A DNA stretch of 63,978 nucleotides, the filler included, from Platydemus manokwari (taxonomy: Eukaryota), in NCBI GenBank assembly GCA_037951405.1. It is 6 parts of 6 records of this genome, joined end to end, with 100 filler letters (N's around TTAATTAATTAA, not from the genome) between each part and the next. Parts side by side here need not be neighbours in the genome. Positions count along the whole stretch, not along the records: positions 22,181 to 33,563 come from JBBMOY010714428.1; positions 33,664 to 44,631 come from JBBMOY011011081.1; 4 more parts are not named here. One strand, given 5' to 3'. Within the stretch, counting starts at the first letter, position 1. Every line of letters begins with the position of its first letter. Below the pieces are notes generated by a model. It was not told where the DNA came from and did no database searches. It saw only the letters and a list, made by a program, of their open reading frames with translations. Position numbers and translations under genes: made by a program. Of the stretch, positions 29,701 through 43,038 are shown piece after piece.

Positions 29701-32528
29701 CAAAATCTTCTAACCAGCTAGTTCTCATTTTATAAAAATCCTATCGATTTTAAATATATTAGTTGCAATTTTTTTCGAGACTATAAACAGCGCAGTAAAA
29801 TAAATACAGAAATAAGTAGATCGATTTGTTTACAGAATCGAATTAGCCCACTTCAAAATTAGCTGTTCCAATTAAATTAATTCCAATCTCATTTATCCAA
29901 TGAAAATATATTTGTAAAATAAATGTTTTCAGATGAAAAATCATTTTCTAATTATCAAATTCATTTACAAATATTTTCTTTTCTGAGAAATGATATCGAA
30001 TTGAATGGCAATACAAGACATCCATTAATGGAATCATCATGAATTGTAGGTGGACAAAGTAACTTATCAAATCATATATGTTACACCGGAAAAGATCGGC
30101 AAAAGCAAACAACTGATGAAAGCCATTGAGAAAGCATATGCTGATAATCGAATCGCACGTGTTGTGATTGATGAGATTCATTGTTGCAGTCAATGGGGTC
30201 ATAATTTTCGACCAGATTATAAAAATCTCCATATATTCAAATCATTGTTTCCAAAAATACCCATCCTTGGATTGACGGCAACAGCTACCGATGCTATAGT
30301 AACAGATACCAAGGAAATTTTGGGTTTGAAATCCGATTGTCTCGTGTTTCGCGATAGCTACAATAGACCAAATCTGTTTTATGATGTAAGATTTCGACAA
30401 TATTTTCCATGTTAATACTAAATGATAACAGATAAGGCTTTTGTCAAATGATCGTAACGAAATATCAGAAGTCTGTACTCTGATTCAGACTAGATTTGTT
30501 AAGGAGTCAGGTAAGGAAATTTGAATATTTATCACTACTATTTACAGAAGCATTACATGAAATAATTAATATTCAAAGCAATTAAGCTGAGTCGATTCTA
30601 GGTAAAGATTGAAATGACTGAGTTGCTATTTTGCAAGAAAGATTTAGTAAAATTGTCCTCAATATAACGCGTTGGTTACTTTAAGGAAAGCCCTTATATG
30701 TTTCAATGTTTTTGTAATTTTAATTATTTTCAGAACACAATTTCATTTTTATACCGATCTCTAGTCTCGTTTGACACAGTTCCTAATAATTTGGTTTTTA
30801 CATTGAACCATATAGTTATGAGCCCAACATATAATAAAAATAATTAATAATAGCGAGATGTGGACCTGTATTTTTCATGATACTTTTCGATATAATAATA
30901 ATACTACATCAAAGGTTTATTGTAACCATGCCGATATTTACAATATAAGAATATTAATTATATAATAGTAATAATAATAATAATAATAATAATGATTTTA
31001 TTAAAAATAATAATAAATTTTCACCTTTCGTAACCTGAAATTTCTTTTGTAACCAGAGATAATATTTTTCCGAGGAGGCGCTTCGTAACCTGAAAATTTC
31101 GTGCGTAGAGCCTTTCGTAAGTAGAGATATCACTGTTGGAATATAGTGATATGATACCGAATTACTATCTCAACAAATGTTCATATTAAACTACCTGTTG
31201 AAATTGTCAGTTACTTGACCAGTTAATCTTCATTGGTCTTACAATAATATTACACGTAATAAAAAAATAATAATAATAATAATAATGTTAATAATATTAT
31301 TATAATAAAGGTAATATTCATATTAATAAGATAATGATATTATTAATGAACTGTCACCTTATTATAATGATCACCAATTACATTCGAAAGGCACACAACC
31401 CTTTTAAATTGATGTTGCCATCTATAAAACATAAAAAAAGAATAAATGTGTTCTTCAGGAATCGTTTATTGTTTTAGTCAGAAAGATTGTGAAAAAGTCA
31501 CCAGTGAATTATTATCTAATGGAATCAATGCTTGTTTTTATCATGCTAACATGCCTAATGAAGACAGGAGGAAAGTGCATCAAGATTGGATCGATGAGCG
31601 ATGCAAAGTAACGAGTTGGGTTGAACAGTGTAAAAATATTTATCTAAATTTAATAAAAGATTATTGTTGCGACGATCGCGTTTGGAATGGGAATCGATAA
31701 GCCAAATGTGCGATTTGTAATTCATATGTCGATGAGTAAGAGTCTTGAAAATTATTACCAAGAATCGGGTAGAGCTGGTCGAGATGGTAAAAGAGCTGAC
31801 TGTATTTTATTCTGGAAGGTATCGGAATATTTCAGAATTAGTTCCAGTGTATTCAGTGAGAAAGTTGGTGTTGCGAATATCAATATAATGAGCAGATTTT
31901 GTATCGACGAAACTAAATGTTCACGCGAGTCGTTTTCCATGATTTTTGATGAAGTACTCACGAAAAAAGATTGTAATAACATGTGCTCGGTGTGTTGTGA
32001 TACAGGTAAAACATGTGGTACCTTTGGGAAATGATTGTCTATCAAATATGGTTTCTAGAATCTGAAATAGTGTCCATCGATATTCTTGAAGTGTACAAGT
32101 CCGCTCTATCGATCATTGAAGCCACTCAGAAATCTTCAAATCCAAAAATTACTGGCAACAAGCTCATTACAGAACTACACCGTCACTTGGATGGTTATAA
32201 AAATGATCTTAAGAAACGGTTTCCTTGTATGGATTTGAAACTTTTTATCGATAAGGCTTTTGGTTATCTGATACTGGAGAGATTTTTGAAATTGGATTTC
32301 AGTTTTGGTTCATATAATAATTACACTTATATTTTGCCCATGAACAAAATGGCCAAAGGTGATCTGGCCATAAAAATCCCTACTAGAATCTCGAAAAAGA
32401 ATATATCAGGACAAAATATTCCAGATACAGAAACTTGCCAGATGTCTACATCGAAGAAACCTTCCACTAAGCGACCAAACGAAGAAACCATCATTAACAC
32501 GATACATAAAAAATCTTTAAAAAATTAA
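26746..32528 (+). CDS. RECQL: ATP-dependent DNA helicase Q1 (RECQ1)
   Basis: In-frame exons: 26746-26764, 26814-26926, 26971-27160, 29127-29320, 30050-30385, 30432-30510, 31459-31607, 31660-32005, 32059-32528. N-terminal coiled coil, then FTWS...[82 protein letters not shown] and [15 protein letters not shown] Zn site C..FDE..C...CSVC and WH hairpin LKLDFSF..Y. No HRDC domain, as in RECQ1. Confidence 0.95.
27340..28900 (-). mobile_element. Decayed retroelement-like insertion (possible gag/protease region) in RECQL intron 3
   Basis: GC-richer, A-rich minus-strand coding-like block with many stops. Degenerate zinc-knuckle-like [14 protein letters not shown] at ~28027-28070. Confidence 0.4.
31025..31135. 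mobile_element. pogo/Tigger-like DNA transposon end in RECQL intron 6
   Basis: Ends ...ttcgtaagtagagatatcactg (reverse complement CAGTGATATCTCTACTTACGAA), with subterminal ttcgtaacctgaaa repeats typical of Tigger-type TIRs. Confidence 0.6.
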
Positions 32529-33430
32529 AATAAAACCAATTGTTGTTTATTGATTTCCTTTTTAAATAAATGTGGTGAACGCAGTTTTATTGAATTATAT
32601 TCTTTGGAATTTTTATAACACTCATATTTAATTTAGTTTATTCGATAGAAATAATTGCTTTTCCTAATATGAACACTGGTTATAGTTCTGAAGTTTGATG
32701 TTTGAACCACTGACAATTTCCATTGGTTGTTCACCAATAGACCGATTTAGTAGTCACTATAAATTATCAACTGCATTTTCAAAATCGCATTAAATGGAAT
32801 ATTTTAAAATTATTGTTGCAGCTACCTTTGCACTACCTCAAGTTAGACCAAAGAGACAAGAACTTGCGTTGTTGAGTTTTGACATACCTTGACACAACAC
32901 TAGTAAGTTTACTCAACTTGCATTACACTCGTAAATAATTTGGCAGGGTTATAACATTCCTGAAAAATGTTATTATGTTTTTAAACAGGGATTCTTATAT
33001 AATGATATGATGTTAGAAAGATGTTTCAGTTTAGAAAATCTAGAAATTATAGTTTAATTCTTATTATTATTACAATACATACAATCATTACAAAAAATTC
33101 TCATTGATTGTAACCGGTCTTATTTATTACTGAGGGTTATTCAATAACATACATAATCATAGAACATTATTGTAAAATATAATGATATTTATCGATGGCA
33201 ATAAAATGATATTCATTAATATAATTTTTTTGATAAAATTCATTATTGATATAAATACCTTTTGTGAAAATTTTTTTCTAATTTTTATTGATGTAATGGA
33301 ATAGTGATACAGAAGTTGACATCTTTTGAATGTACGGCACTTATGAACGGGTCTTCATTTAGGTTTTTCAATACATTTCATTAACGGATAAAATGATACG
33401 AAAGGTTAGTTTACATCATTTAATTATAAC

Positions 33431-33563
33431 TGTGAGGTTAAAATTCAAAAAAGATTAAGATGAATAATTAAAAAAATATTTTTAATTGATTATATATATT
33501 AAAAATATTTAATATTTTTATTTATAAAATGGTATGGCTCAAACCACTACTGTAATCACTCAA
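33431..33563 (+). mobile_element. LTR family A copy, truncated by contig end
   Basis: tgtgaggtt...aatatttttaatt...gctcaaaccactactgtaatcactcaa aligns with the reverse complements of 36190-36310 and 10980-11097. Confidence 0.65.
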
Positions 33564-33663
33564 NNNNNNNNNNNNNNNNNNNNNNNNNNNNNNNNNNNNN
33601 NNNNNNNTTAATTAATTAANNNNNNNNNNNNNNNNNNNNNNNNNNNNNNNNNNNNNNNNNNNN
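33564..33663. other. Artificial contig linker
   Basis: N44-TTAATTAATTAA-N44. Confidence 0.98.
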
Positions 33664-34306
33664 CTTATAGTTTCAACGTTGGTTTGGTTTCAAATCCCAA
33701 GGCAATTTATTTTCTATAAAATATAAATTTGTTGGAAAATAGCCTCATCTGATGAGGTAATGTTCGTAAATTATGAATCTTTTTTCAAAATTAAATCGAA
33801 CTAAATATCGAAAAGGTATTCGAGTTTGAAGATTCAAAAATAAAAAATAATTAAAATAATAGTAAGTAGTTTATTTATTAACTAACAATAAAATGTTAAA
33901 CTGGTGTTACTTAATATAACCACACCTCAACAGTTTTAGTTTTTTTATTTATTTACATTTATTAGCCTGAACACATCTTATACTTTGTGTTTTCTTTGTT
34001 TATTCCTTTATTTTTGAAACGAAAGTAACAAAACGTAGTAAGTAAAGGTATACGCACATAATGACGCATTACCTAATCGACTATCCGAGCATATTTAACT
34101 ACAATATTTCTAATATTAAAATTTTCTTTTAACTTTTAACTCTTTAAACTTTTCGAATATTTATTTGATTTTAATTTTGAAAGGAGACTTTAACTCTATA
34201 TTCCATTTTTTATTATCATAAAATAAAAAAATTAAATATGAAAAATGTTAAATATGGAAAACCTTAGTATTTAGCAAAACTTTTATAATATTACGTTGGT
34301 TTATTT

Positions 34307-35060
34307 TTAAAATAATTTTGTTGCGAGTCCCAACCAAACATCAAAAAATACAACTCTACATACATAAAAATAAATATGATACGCACATCCCATAAAACCA
34401 AGCGTTCTTATTTTCCTCTTTAGGAGTTCTTGAGGTTTTGGTGATGAGCGATGGTCAACCCACTTTTCTTCGATCTTTTTATAAATAGATCTGACGGCTT
34501 TTGCGTTCCTTTCTGAATGTCCAATTCGCAATTTGTTTTGATAATGTTTGTAATTTTAATACTGTCGTCGCCTTTGGTTTGAATGTTGAGGTGTATAAAT
34601 ACGAGGGCTGCTATCAAATATCTAACTCCCATTAGTTGTTTGGTATCCAGTGCTAAATATTTAAATTCCATCTGTTAGTCGTGACCCACCAGTAGCTCAT
34701 GCACTTCTTCAACAGCTTCGTATTCGTCTTGACATTTCCTTGTGTGTTTCTCTGAAATTCCATGGTATTCTGAAATCGATAACCTGTTGCCCTAACGTTA
34801 TTTTGGCGTCCATCAAGATCTTGATTGATAGCTGAAACTGTTAATGGGAATTTGGAGTCGTCTGCGTTCCGAGCCGTGAATTCTGCGTTGAGAAATATTA
34901 ATTTTTCTATGATTTTTGAAAGTATGTGGATTTTTCTTTTTTCCATTTTGAAATATTTGCGAAACTCCATATGTTTGATTGGATTTCTCTTGGTAATTTC
35001 TGATAGATGAATCTGCATTCTCAAATCCGTGGTTCTTGTATCGTTTGGAATTTCTTTCTT
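34307..35060 (-). pseudogene. Decayed orphan coding region (overlapping ORF fragments 34653-35024, 34420-34671, 34307-34531)
   Basis: Intronless, GC-richer block of frameshifted ORF pieces on the same strand as the adjacent gypsy pol. No motif recognised. Confidence 0.4.
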
Positions 35061-35249
35061 CTATGCTATCTAATCAACTGCCAATATCCACCAAATAAAA
35101 TTGCATAAGATCAATTTTCACAGTACAACATCAATAATCACCAATAATCATATAAAAACACTAATATCAATCAAAATAAAATAACTTAACAATATTGTTA
35201 TAATATGAGTAGTCAAAATTATGTCACTTGAATTATATACATTGAATTG

Positions 35250-36066
35250 TTAATCTACTACCTGCGAGCCTAGTGCTGATATCACAATCATAGTCATTAC
35301 TACGACGAAAAATATAATAACTGAGGATAAGATCCAAGTATCAGGATTAAAAGTAGACTGTATCTCTTTTATCGTAATTTCGTTCAGCTTTCGAGATCTA
35401 TTTGATTGTAATCCAAGTTGTAACCGGGATTGATTACTGATTTCATCTAAAATATTATCATAAGTGTTATGATTAATCAAATTAAAGTATTTTTCTGTTT
35501 GATCCTGATGGAGACTGTAGCTGGACTTTTATAAATTCTACTAAATAGAGTTCCCATTCTGATTGTGATTGTTACCAGTATTCAATTTTTAATTTGTATT
35601 CGTCTCCTTGATTTGAGTTTTCTAATTTCGCATGTGATTGTTTTGAATGCAGTGAGATACTTTTAAGAGTTCCCATAAAATTCAGAGTGCTTACCAGCGT
35701 TTCATCACCACTACATTCGACTTGAACTGATATTGATGAAGATGTTTTAGAGATTTGTGCTCTCTTGCTTGGATCGCGTATTACAATCGCTTTATTTTCT
35801 TGTAATGTCACTATTAGTCAATCCTTCCCTTACTTACCGTTGTTTGTTACTCTCATTTCATAATACATATTTATCCCATTGTTTTCTAATAATCTCAAAT
35901 TTTTGATTTTTGTATAAATTAATGATTTTGTAAAATTAATCGATTTGTTATTACTGAAAGTCTCTAGTTTAATATTCACTAATATATTTGGTTCATAATG
36001 CCATCTGTTAGTTGCTAACACTTCGTCGCTTTTTAGATTGTATTCAAATCTCATAACTAAGTGCAA
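35250..36066 (-). pseudogene. Decayed type-I membrane protein-like ORF (env-like candidate)
   Basis: ORFs 35830-36066 and 35572-35811 share a frame and are separated by stops. 35250-35480 ends in a hydrophobic TM segment (WILSSVIIFFVVVMTMIVISAL) with a short tail. N-x-S/T sites present (NKS, NFT, NHN/NQS region). Confidence 0.45.
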
Positions 36067-36149
36067 AAAATATATTTTTATATTAAATATTATTTAAACA
36101 AACATTCCTTCTTTTTCAAAAATTCCACTTAATATAAAAATTATTTTTT

Positions 36150-36321
36150 AAACACATTTTAATTTTATGAATGATTTTTTTAAAAGCACTTTGAGATGTT
36201 ACAGTAACGGTCTGAGCAATATAAATACTAAATATTTGTTAATTAATTAAAAATATTCTTTGTTTTGAATTATTAAATTTAATTTAACAAATTAAATTTA
36301 AAACCTCACATCCCTCCTTTT
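36150..36321 (-). mobile_element. PPT plus 3' LTR (family A) of the gypsy element
   Basis: Minus strand reads aaaaggaggga|TGTGAGG at 36310, directly after the integrase. LTR homologues at 10929-11097 and 33431. The 3' boundary is approximate. Confidence 0.75.
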
Positions 36322-36339
36322 AAAAATCTTTGATTTTTT

Positions 36340-38310
36340 TAATATTTCTTGTTATTACTGTTCCTTTTCCATTTTGTGATCAGTAACTTCTTTCATGATT
36401 AATCCCAATCACTTTTTATGGGCCTTCATATCTTCCCTGATTCTTATTTCTCATCTCTTTCTTTATTAGTACCTCATCTCCTTCTTTGAATTTACGTTTA
36501 CTTTGCTACTTTTCTAATGTTATTTTGCTTTTCTTCCATGTTTATCTTTAACTCGTCTCTGTCTCTTTGACTATTTGCTTGCTACTGTAATCTGACTGCC
36601 TTTTTCACGAATATGACTTCTGCTGGATTGACCTTTATGGTTCTTTGTTTTAACGCATTCAACGTATATTCTACCTCTGGTAATATGAAAACCCAATTCG
36701 TAATTTGTCTTTCTTTTACCGTCGCTTTTATGTAATCCCTAATCGTTCGAAATTGTTGTTCAATGATTCCATTAGCGCTATAATGATAAGAGCTTGAGAA
36801 TATCAATTCCTTACTATTTTGAAAGCCATATCTTTTATTCTTTGTGATTCGAAACATTTGCCACAATACGTGTATTTCTGCGGGTGCTCCTTATTTTAAT
36901 GCCCATTGATTCTGTATCACTCTTTCTACTGCTTTCTCGTTTTCTTTATTTATTGGAGTCAATATTATGTATCTACTGAACTGGTCAATTATTGCAAGTA
37001 TATATCTTACTCCTCTATTCGTTTCTTTTAAAGGTCCGTAAATGTCGATATATATTTTCTCAAACGGGTCTCTCGCTTGTAATTGCTATGATTCTTCATT
37101 TGTTTTTGTTCTTGTCACTTTAGTTTTTTGGCATGGATCACACTGACTTATAACTTCTTTGGTTTTCTTTCCCATGTCTTTCATATCGAAATTATTTTTT
37201 ATGTATTGTGCGACTTTTTCCTTTAGTGCGTGACACAGCAATTTGTGTGTGTTCTATCATTTCTCTTCTTTTCTCTGCTGGTATCCAAATTTTGTTTTCT
37301 TTAGTTTTTATTGTGTCTCCGTCGAGAATGAAATTACTACTTCGCGTTCGACCTATCCCTCTTTTTATCATTTCTATCTCATCGTTGTTAATCTGCCACT
37401 CTCTTCCTTTGTTCTATGTCATTATTGTTAATATCCGACCCATTATTTTTCCCGTACAAGAGTTCTTGTGTTTCGTTAGACATTGGGAACATGTCATACA
37501 GGTATTCTCTGAAAGCATGTCTGCATCTCCATGATTAGCTCCTTTTCTGAAAATCATGTTTATATCCAGGCTGCTTAGATATTTTAGCCATATTTGGAAT
37601 TGTGGAGTTACTGGGTTCTTTGTCTTCAGCATGAATGTAATTACTTTATGATCAGTTCTTAGTGTGAATCTTTTCCCGTACAAATAGTGATTGAAATGCT
37701 GACAAAAGTAATATATCGCTAATAATTCCTTCCTTGTCATACAATAGCCTTTCTCATGTTTGCTCATTGCGTGATTTTTTTGAGTATTCCTTTATAAATC
37801 TCCTGTAATATTCACAAATTCCAAGAAAACTTCGTAGGTTTTTTAAACATTTTGGTCTTTTAAATTTATCTATTGCTTCAATTTTACTTGGGTGTGTCTT
37901 AATAACTCCTTCATTTATGATATGACCCAGGAACATAATTCCTTTCTCATTATTTTACATTTTTCTGGATTAATGCGCAGTCTTGCATTTCCTATTCTTT
38001 TTATTACATCCTCCAGTATTTCGTAATGTTCTTCTATCGTTTTTGAGAATATTAATATGTCATCCAAATATATCATGGCTCCTTTTACTCTCCTATCTGA
38101 TAATATTTTTGTCATCAACTCTTGAAATGTTCCTGCTGCTGCTGCTGCGATCCCAAACGGCATCCGTGTAAAACAGTATTGCCCCTCTTTCGTCGAGAAT
38201 GCTGTTTTTTCTTTTGATTCTTTGTCAAGCTCTACCTGATAATATGCATTTCCCAAAGCTACCGGTGTGAAATACTTACAGCCGTGTAGAGTGTCTAATA
38301 GTTCCTCTAT
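36340..38310 (-). mobile_element. Ty3/gypsy retrotransposon pol (RT-RNase H-integrase); 5'-truncated and frameshifted
   Basis: IEELLDTLHG.KYF, YYQVEL..ESKEKTAF, RMPFGI, YLDDILIFS, FLGHII, LRSFLGIC.YYRRFI, KELLAI, FTLRTDHK, and integrase (IIDQFSRY region, NGIIEQQFRTI). RT-RH-IN order is gypsy-type. Confidence 0.95.
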
Positions 38311-40344
38311 ATATAAATATAAAATCTTGAATTTTAATTGATTTTTAAATCCTATAAACCATATATTGATGTTTTATTGATGTTCAACGACTTTCCATGA
38401 TAATAGTTTACTAATCAATTTAATTTCATTGACGTTTTCCACTCATCATGTATTAATTATCAAAACCTGTCGAATTAATTATTTTCATGCTACCATAAGA
38501 CAAATCAAACACAGTTTTTGTTCCATAGTAATCAATAATAAATTCCGTTTTTGTCAATATGATTTTAATTTCACAGATCCTTTTAAACAATTATCAAAAC
38601 TACCTACCAGTTATCATATTTTGAATTAATATAAACAATTCATCGACAGTTATAGAATTTTTAAAAATTAAATTTAAATGATTCGAGATAATAAAAAATT
38701 AAAGACAATTTTATTCTTTATTGGGTATCTTGGCCAACCAGTCAAAAATTAACAATAAACAATTGACAAAATCCTGTATTCATATAATCTTTTGCAATCT
38801 ATAAACAATATTGTATTATCTGCTTGTTAAAAATAGTAATTTATATCAGTATAGTTTAGCAATGTTTATATCAATGTATAGTGTATTAATTAATATGAAT
38901 TTTAAATTTTTATACGAAACGATTGCGTTCAAGATAGCAGAACCATTTTGTAATATTTCGATGTATTTTTAGTAATATCGTTTGAATTCTGAATTGTTAT
39001 ATTTTATGTTTTGGTACATTTTTAGGTTGAAATAAACTATTCATGATCAAAAAGTGGTTGATTAAAACAAACCAATATATTGATAATTGTGTTAATATAA
39101 TAATATTGACAATTTATATTTAATTTTACATTTACTTGGTATTGGACAAAAGGAAAATGAAATAATATTTAAAAAATCCTTAAAGGGAAATGAAATAGTT
39201 TTAAAATATTTTGAAAAATAAAAATTTAATAGTTAAAGAAAATATTCAATATTAAATTGGAAATCAACGGAGATGAGAATTTTATGTAACAAAATAAACT
39301 GTTTAAGCGTACAGAATAAATTTCATATAAATAGAAGATCGGAACATCAGAACTCGCCTCATTTTAAGAAACCACTAGGTTGTGTAAGAAGATTTACGAA
39401 GCCCATTATAATTTTCGAAAACACTAGGAGGACTTCGTGAAGAATTATTCGATCGGTCGTCAACAGTATATACCATTTGCCATTACCAATTAGTAAGCCT
39501 TTACCAATTAAGCCTTTGAAACAACATTTTTAATAGGTGTACCTTGGTAGCATTAACTTGTAATTGTTGTTTTATATTCAATAAACGATTAGTGTAGCAG
39601 GAATTGTATAATGAATAGTTATAAAATAGTGAGACCGATAAAATTAGAAACCACTTTGGATCATTGCTGCCAATCAATTCTATCTTCATATAGTTTTGAT
39701 TGTGAGGCGAAAATAACAACAACAATTAGGTTTTATAGACTGTACCTTACACTTGATTAGAACTAATCAGAGACTGATCAAGACAACGGTTAAAATTAGA
39801 ATAGAAATAAATTTGAGACTGTTTAAAACAAAAATAAAATACAAACACGAAACACATAAGCCTAATTAGATATTTATTTATGTAATTTTAATTCTAAATT
39901 ATAATAAATTATTCTAACATGTCTGACGGAAGTGTTTCTAAAATAAGTTTAAATATTTGTGGGTTCAAAATATATCATACATTCCAAAAATTCAATAAGT
40001 TAATCACAATACATATGATGCGTTCTGTAGTAACTCTCTTTTATGATTTTATTATTCTTTCTTTTGATTGATCGATTCTACGTTTTATCAAAACGCTGAG
40101 TCCGTCTTGACACTCAGGTAGCAGTTTAACCTTTTGAAATTTATGAATTACTTGTATCGTACTGTATACAATTATTAACAAAAAGCAAAATAAACAAATG
40201 ATTTTACTACTACTTTTATACACTTAAATGCTGGATCAATCCGATGTGCAAATACTATGGAAGCAGATGTTGGACAAAACAGTTACCCTTCGTGCTATTG
40301 GGTCCGTGTCCTTTTCTTCAGAGGTTTTTTCGAGCTCGTCTTGA

Positions 40345-41075
40345 TAAATAGGAAGAATATGTGAGATAAATAAGGAAATATGTATTTTACAGTAATTATT
40401 CCTACGTGATCTCAACTTCGGATGGACAGTATAATTAAATCATCTTAATTAAATATTATAAAGCACAAACTGGATCGCACGGCTTCAGAGAAATTGTCGA
40501 CTTTGACGGCAAAATTGTCTTCTTATTGATGTATCTTCACAACATACTATTCTAATGGTTTCAGGGTATTAAAGGGCAAAGGCGTATGATGTTCTGTTGC
40601 CTTTTCATGAAAAATGGGAATTTTTTCGAGCGGAATAAAATATGCTGGTCGGCTTTTCATTTTAATTGTGATGAATTCTCACAATGCAATGGGATTATTT
40701 CTCTGACTTAGTTGCAATCTGGGTTTTATTCTTTGGTATTATTTTTATATGGAGGTAAATAGGGGTTTAAAAGTTGATAATTTTTAGTCGTCAAGAGGAA
40801 AATGAAAATAATTAGCTTATTTTCATTTTAATTAATTTTATATTACCAATTTATTTCAAATTTTAACCAAGAATTAAACTAAATTTTATTCTAAATAAAA
40901 CTAAATTATTATTATTTTTAATTATGATAAAAAGATTTAACTAAAATATTATCATGAATCAAAATACTTAATATTATAAATATGATAAAAGATTTTAACC
41001 TATTTTTCTATATATAATTTTTGGTTAACTGTTATTATTATTAATACTTTATTTAACGACTAAAAATATTAGATT
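40345..41075 (+). repeat. Dispersed repeat, homologous to 53330-54104 (inverted)
   Basis: Long collinear matches (gagataaataag, tacgtgatctc, tggacagtat, aaaggcgtatgat, cttagttgc, aaataggggtttaaa, gaaaatgaaaataatta.cttattttcattttaattaatt). Confidence 0.85.
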
Positions 41076-42308
41076 ATTTTTTCAAGGGATTGAAATTCAT
41101 TTAAAATTCTGCTTCGAAAAAACAAAAAGGAATAAGATAAGATTTGCACATCAGAATCAATGTTATTATTTTTACAATAAACGATAAAAATGCTAATTTT
41201 ACACACCAATATCAGTATCATGCAAAATGTTTTAATGTCATTCTTCCGGAACCCCAACACATACAATTATAATGATGTTAATTTTATATTTTAGTTATTA
41301 TTTTGATGTCGCATATCGTTTTTATATTGATTGATACAAATGATGCTGAGTCATCTTGTCAAAGTTAAATTATCCAAATTAATTATCGTGCTGTTGATAG
41401 ATTGTATAACTCTAAAATAGTTGATTCTAAATTTGTAACCTTTGACATTAATCGACAAACAATAACCTTTTGTAGGTGTTTACCAATAAATTAAATTGGA
41501 TGTGACATTCGTCACTTTCTTTCAAAGTTCTACCGATTAAAACAAAAAATTATTCAATTATTGTCAAGATAGCAGTTCAGCATTTTTAAAACTCCCTAGA
41601 ATTAAGCATTTATAGCGAATATTTCAAGGATTTGCTTGTTAGAGGTTTATCGATTCATCTTTTTATTTATTCCGTTCAGCCATAGTTAACAGATTGAGAA
41701 TGAAAAATTCAACATATAAATTTATCGATTATATACTCACTATTCTACACATCATTTTATACTTAATCATAATTTGACGAATCTCTCGGCTGTATTATAT
41801 GAATTTCAATGTTGCTTTTGTAATAGTTTAGTCAATCCGTTGGTATATTTTCGAATCAATATGGTTGTTGAATGTAATTGGTGTTCTGTTTCAAACCTTT
41901 GAAAGTTATTAATTTTGTCAACTATTTCTCTTTGTTCTTGATTTTCATTTCGAGAATCAATGTTCGAAGGCGGTTTAGAGAATTCATTACTAAATCTTTA
42001 AATATCATATTTTTTCAACATCAGTTTATATTTTATATTTCAAATCAAAAAATTTCTTACTCCGTTTAGATAATATGGTTTAGAATAAAAATGAATATTT
42101 TGCTTCTCTTCATTTATTCAAATATCTTCAATGATATCCTCAATAACTTCAAAATCATCTTTATTCAAAGCTATATGTTAGTATTTTGTTATCCATTGAA
42201 TATTTACAGCATTATTAAATATTTGTTTTACTGAGGTACTATGTATTGGAAACATCATTAACCAGCAGAAAATATTAATAATTAATTTTGTGCATGCAAA
42301 AATAATGA

Positions 42309-42841
42309 TGTTATGGTAATATAATACCAAAATATATTAATCAAAATCTCAATAACTATAATAAGTCTATTCACAATTCACAAAGTAAATCACTCAAGAC
42401 ATGATCAGCGCTAGAAAGTCACAAAGAAAATGGAAAGTAATCAAACAGACTGATTACTAAAAATCACACAAAGTTAAGCTTAACACTGGAGTTACTGATC
42501 CAAAAATCCTTGCACATATTCATGAAACTCAGCCCATTTTATAGACATATCGTGCGTGTCTGCTTGATGTCACGAGTCTTCGGTTTCAATTTGCTAAATT
42601 TGTTCGTAGATGGATAAACGTGAAAATTTGCCCGCATCTCTCAAGTCACTGGCGAATATTTGAGCTTGCTGGCATTTGTGAGTATGTGCTGTCAATTCTT
42701 AGATTCTAAATATGGATTAATATTAAAACGAATCAGATTGGTTAACGGTCAGCGTGTTTATCATATGTGTGTATTGACGATTCTTAGAATTCTTTCTTCG
42801 GTTCTTGTTACCCTTTTTATTGATTTGTGATCTACCCAACA
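42309..42841 (-). mobile_element. Solo LTR family B (~533 nt)
   Basis: Minus strand TGTTGGG...TAACA, with CCAAT and TATAAAA. Homologous to 26100-26515. Confidence 0.75.
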
Positions 42842-43038
42842 TATGTATAAAAAATAGTGGAAAAGCCAAAAAAACCAGACACGATTATATAAGCACCTTT
42901 TATTAAAATAAATAACAATCATTAAAAGAAATTCTGAAAATAAAAATATCAGAAAAAATAAACAGAATCAAAATTTAAGCAGGAATTTAAATGAACATTT
43001 TATTTTTCATAAAATAAAATTCAAAAAATTGAATAATT

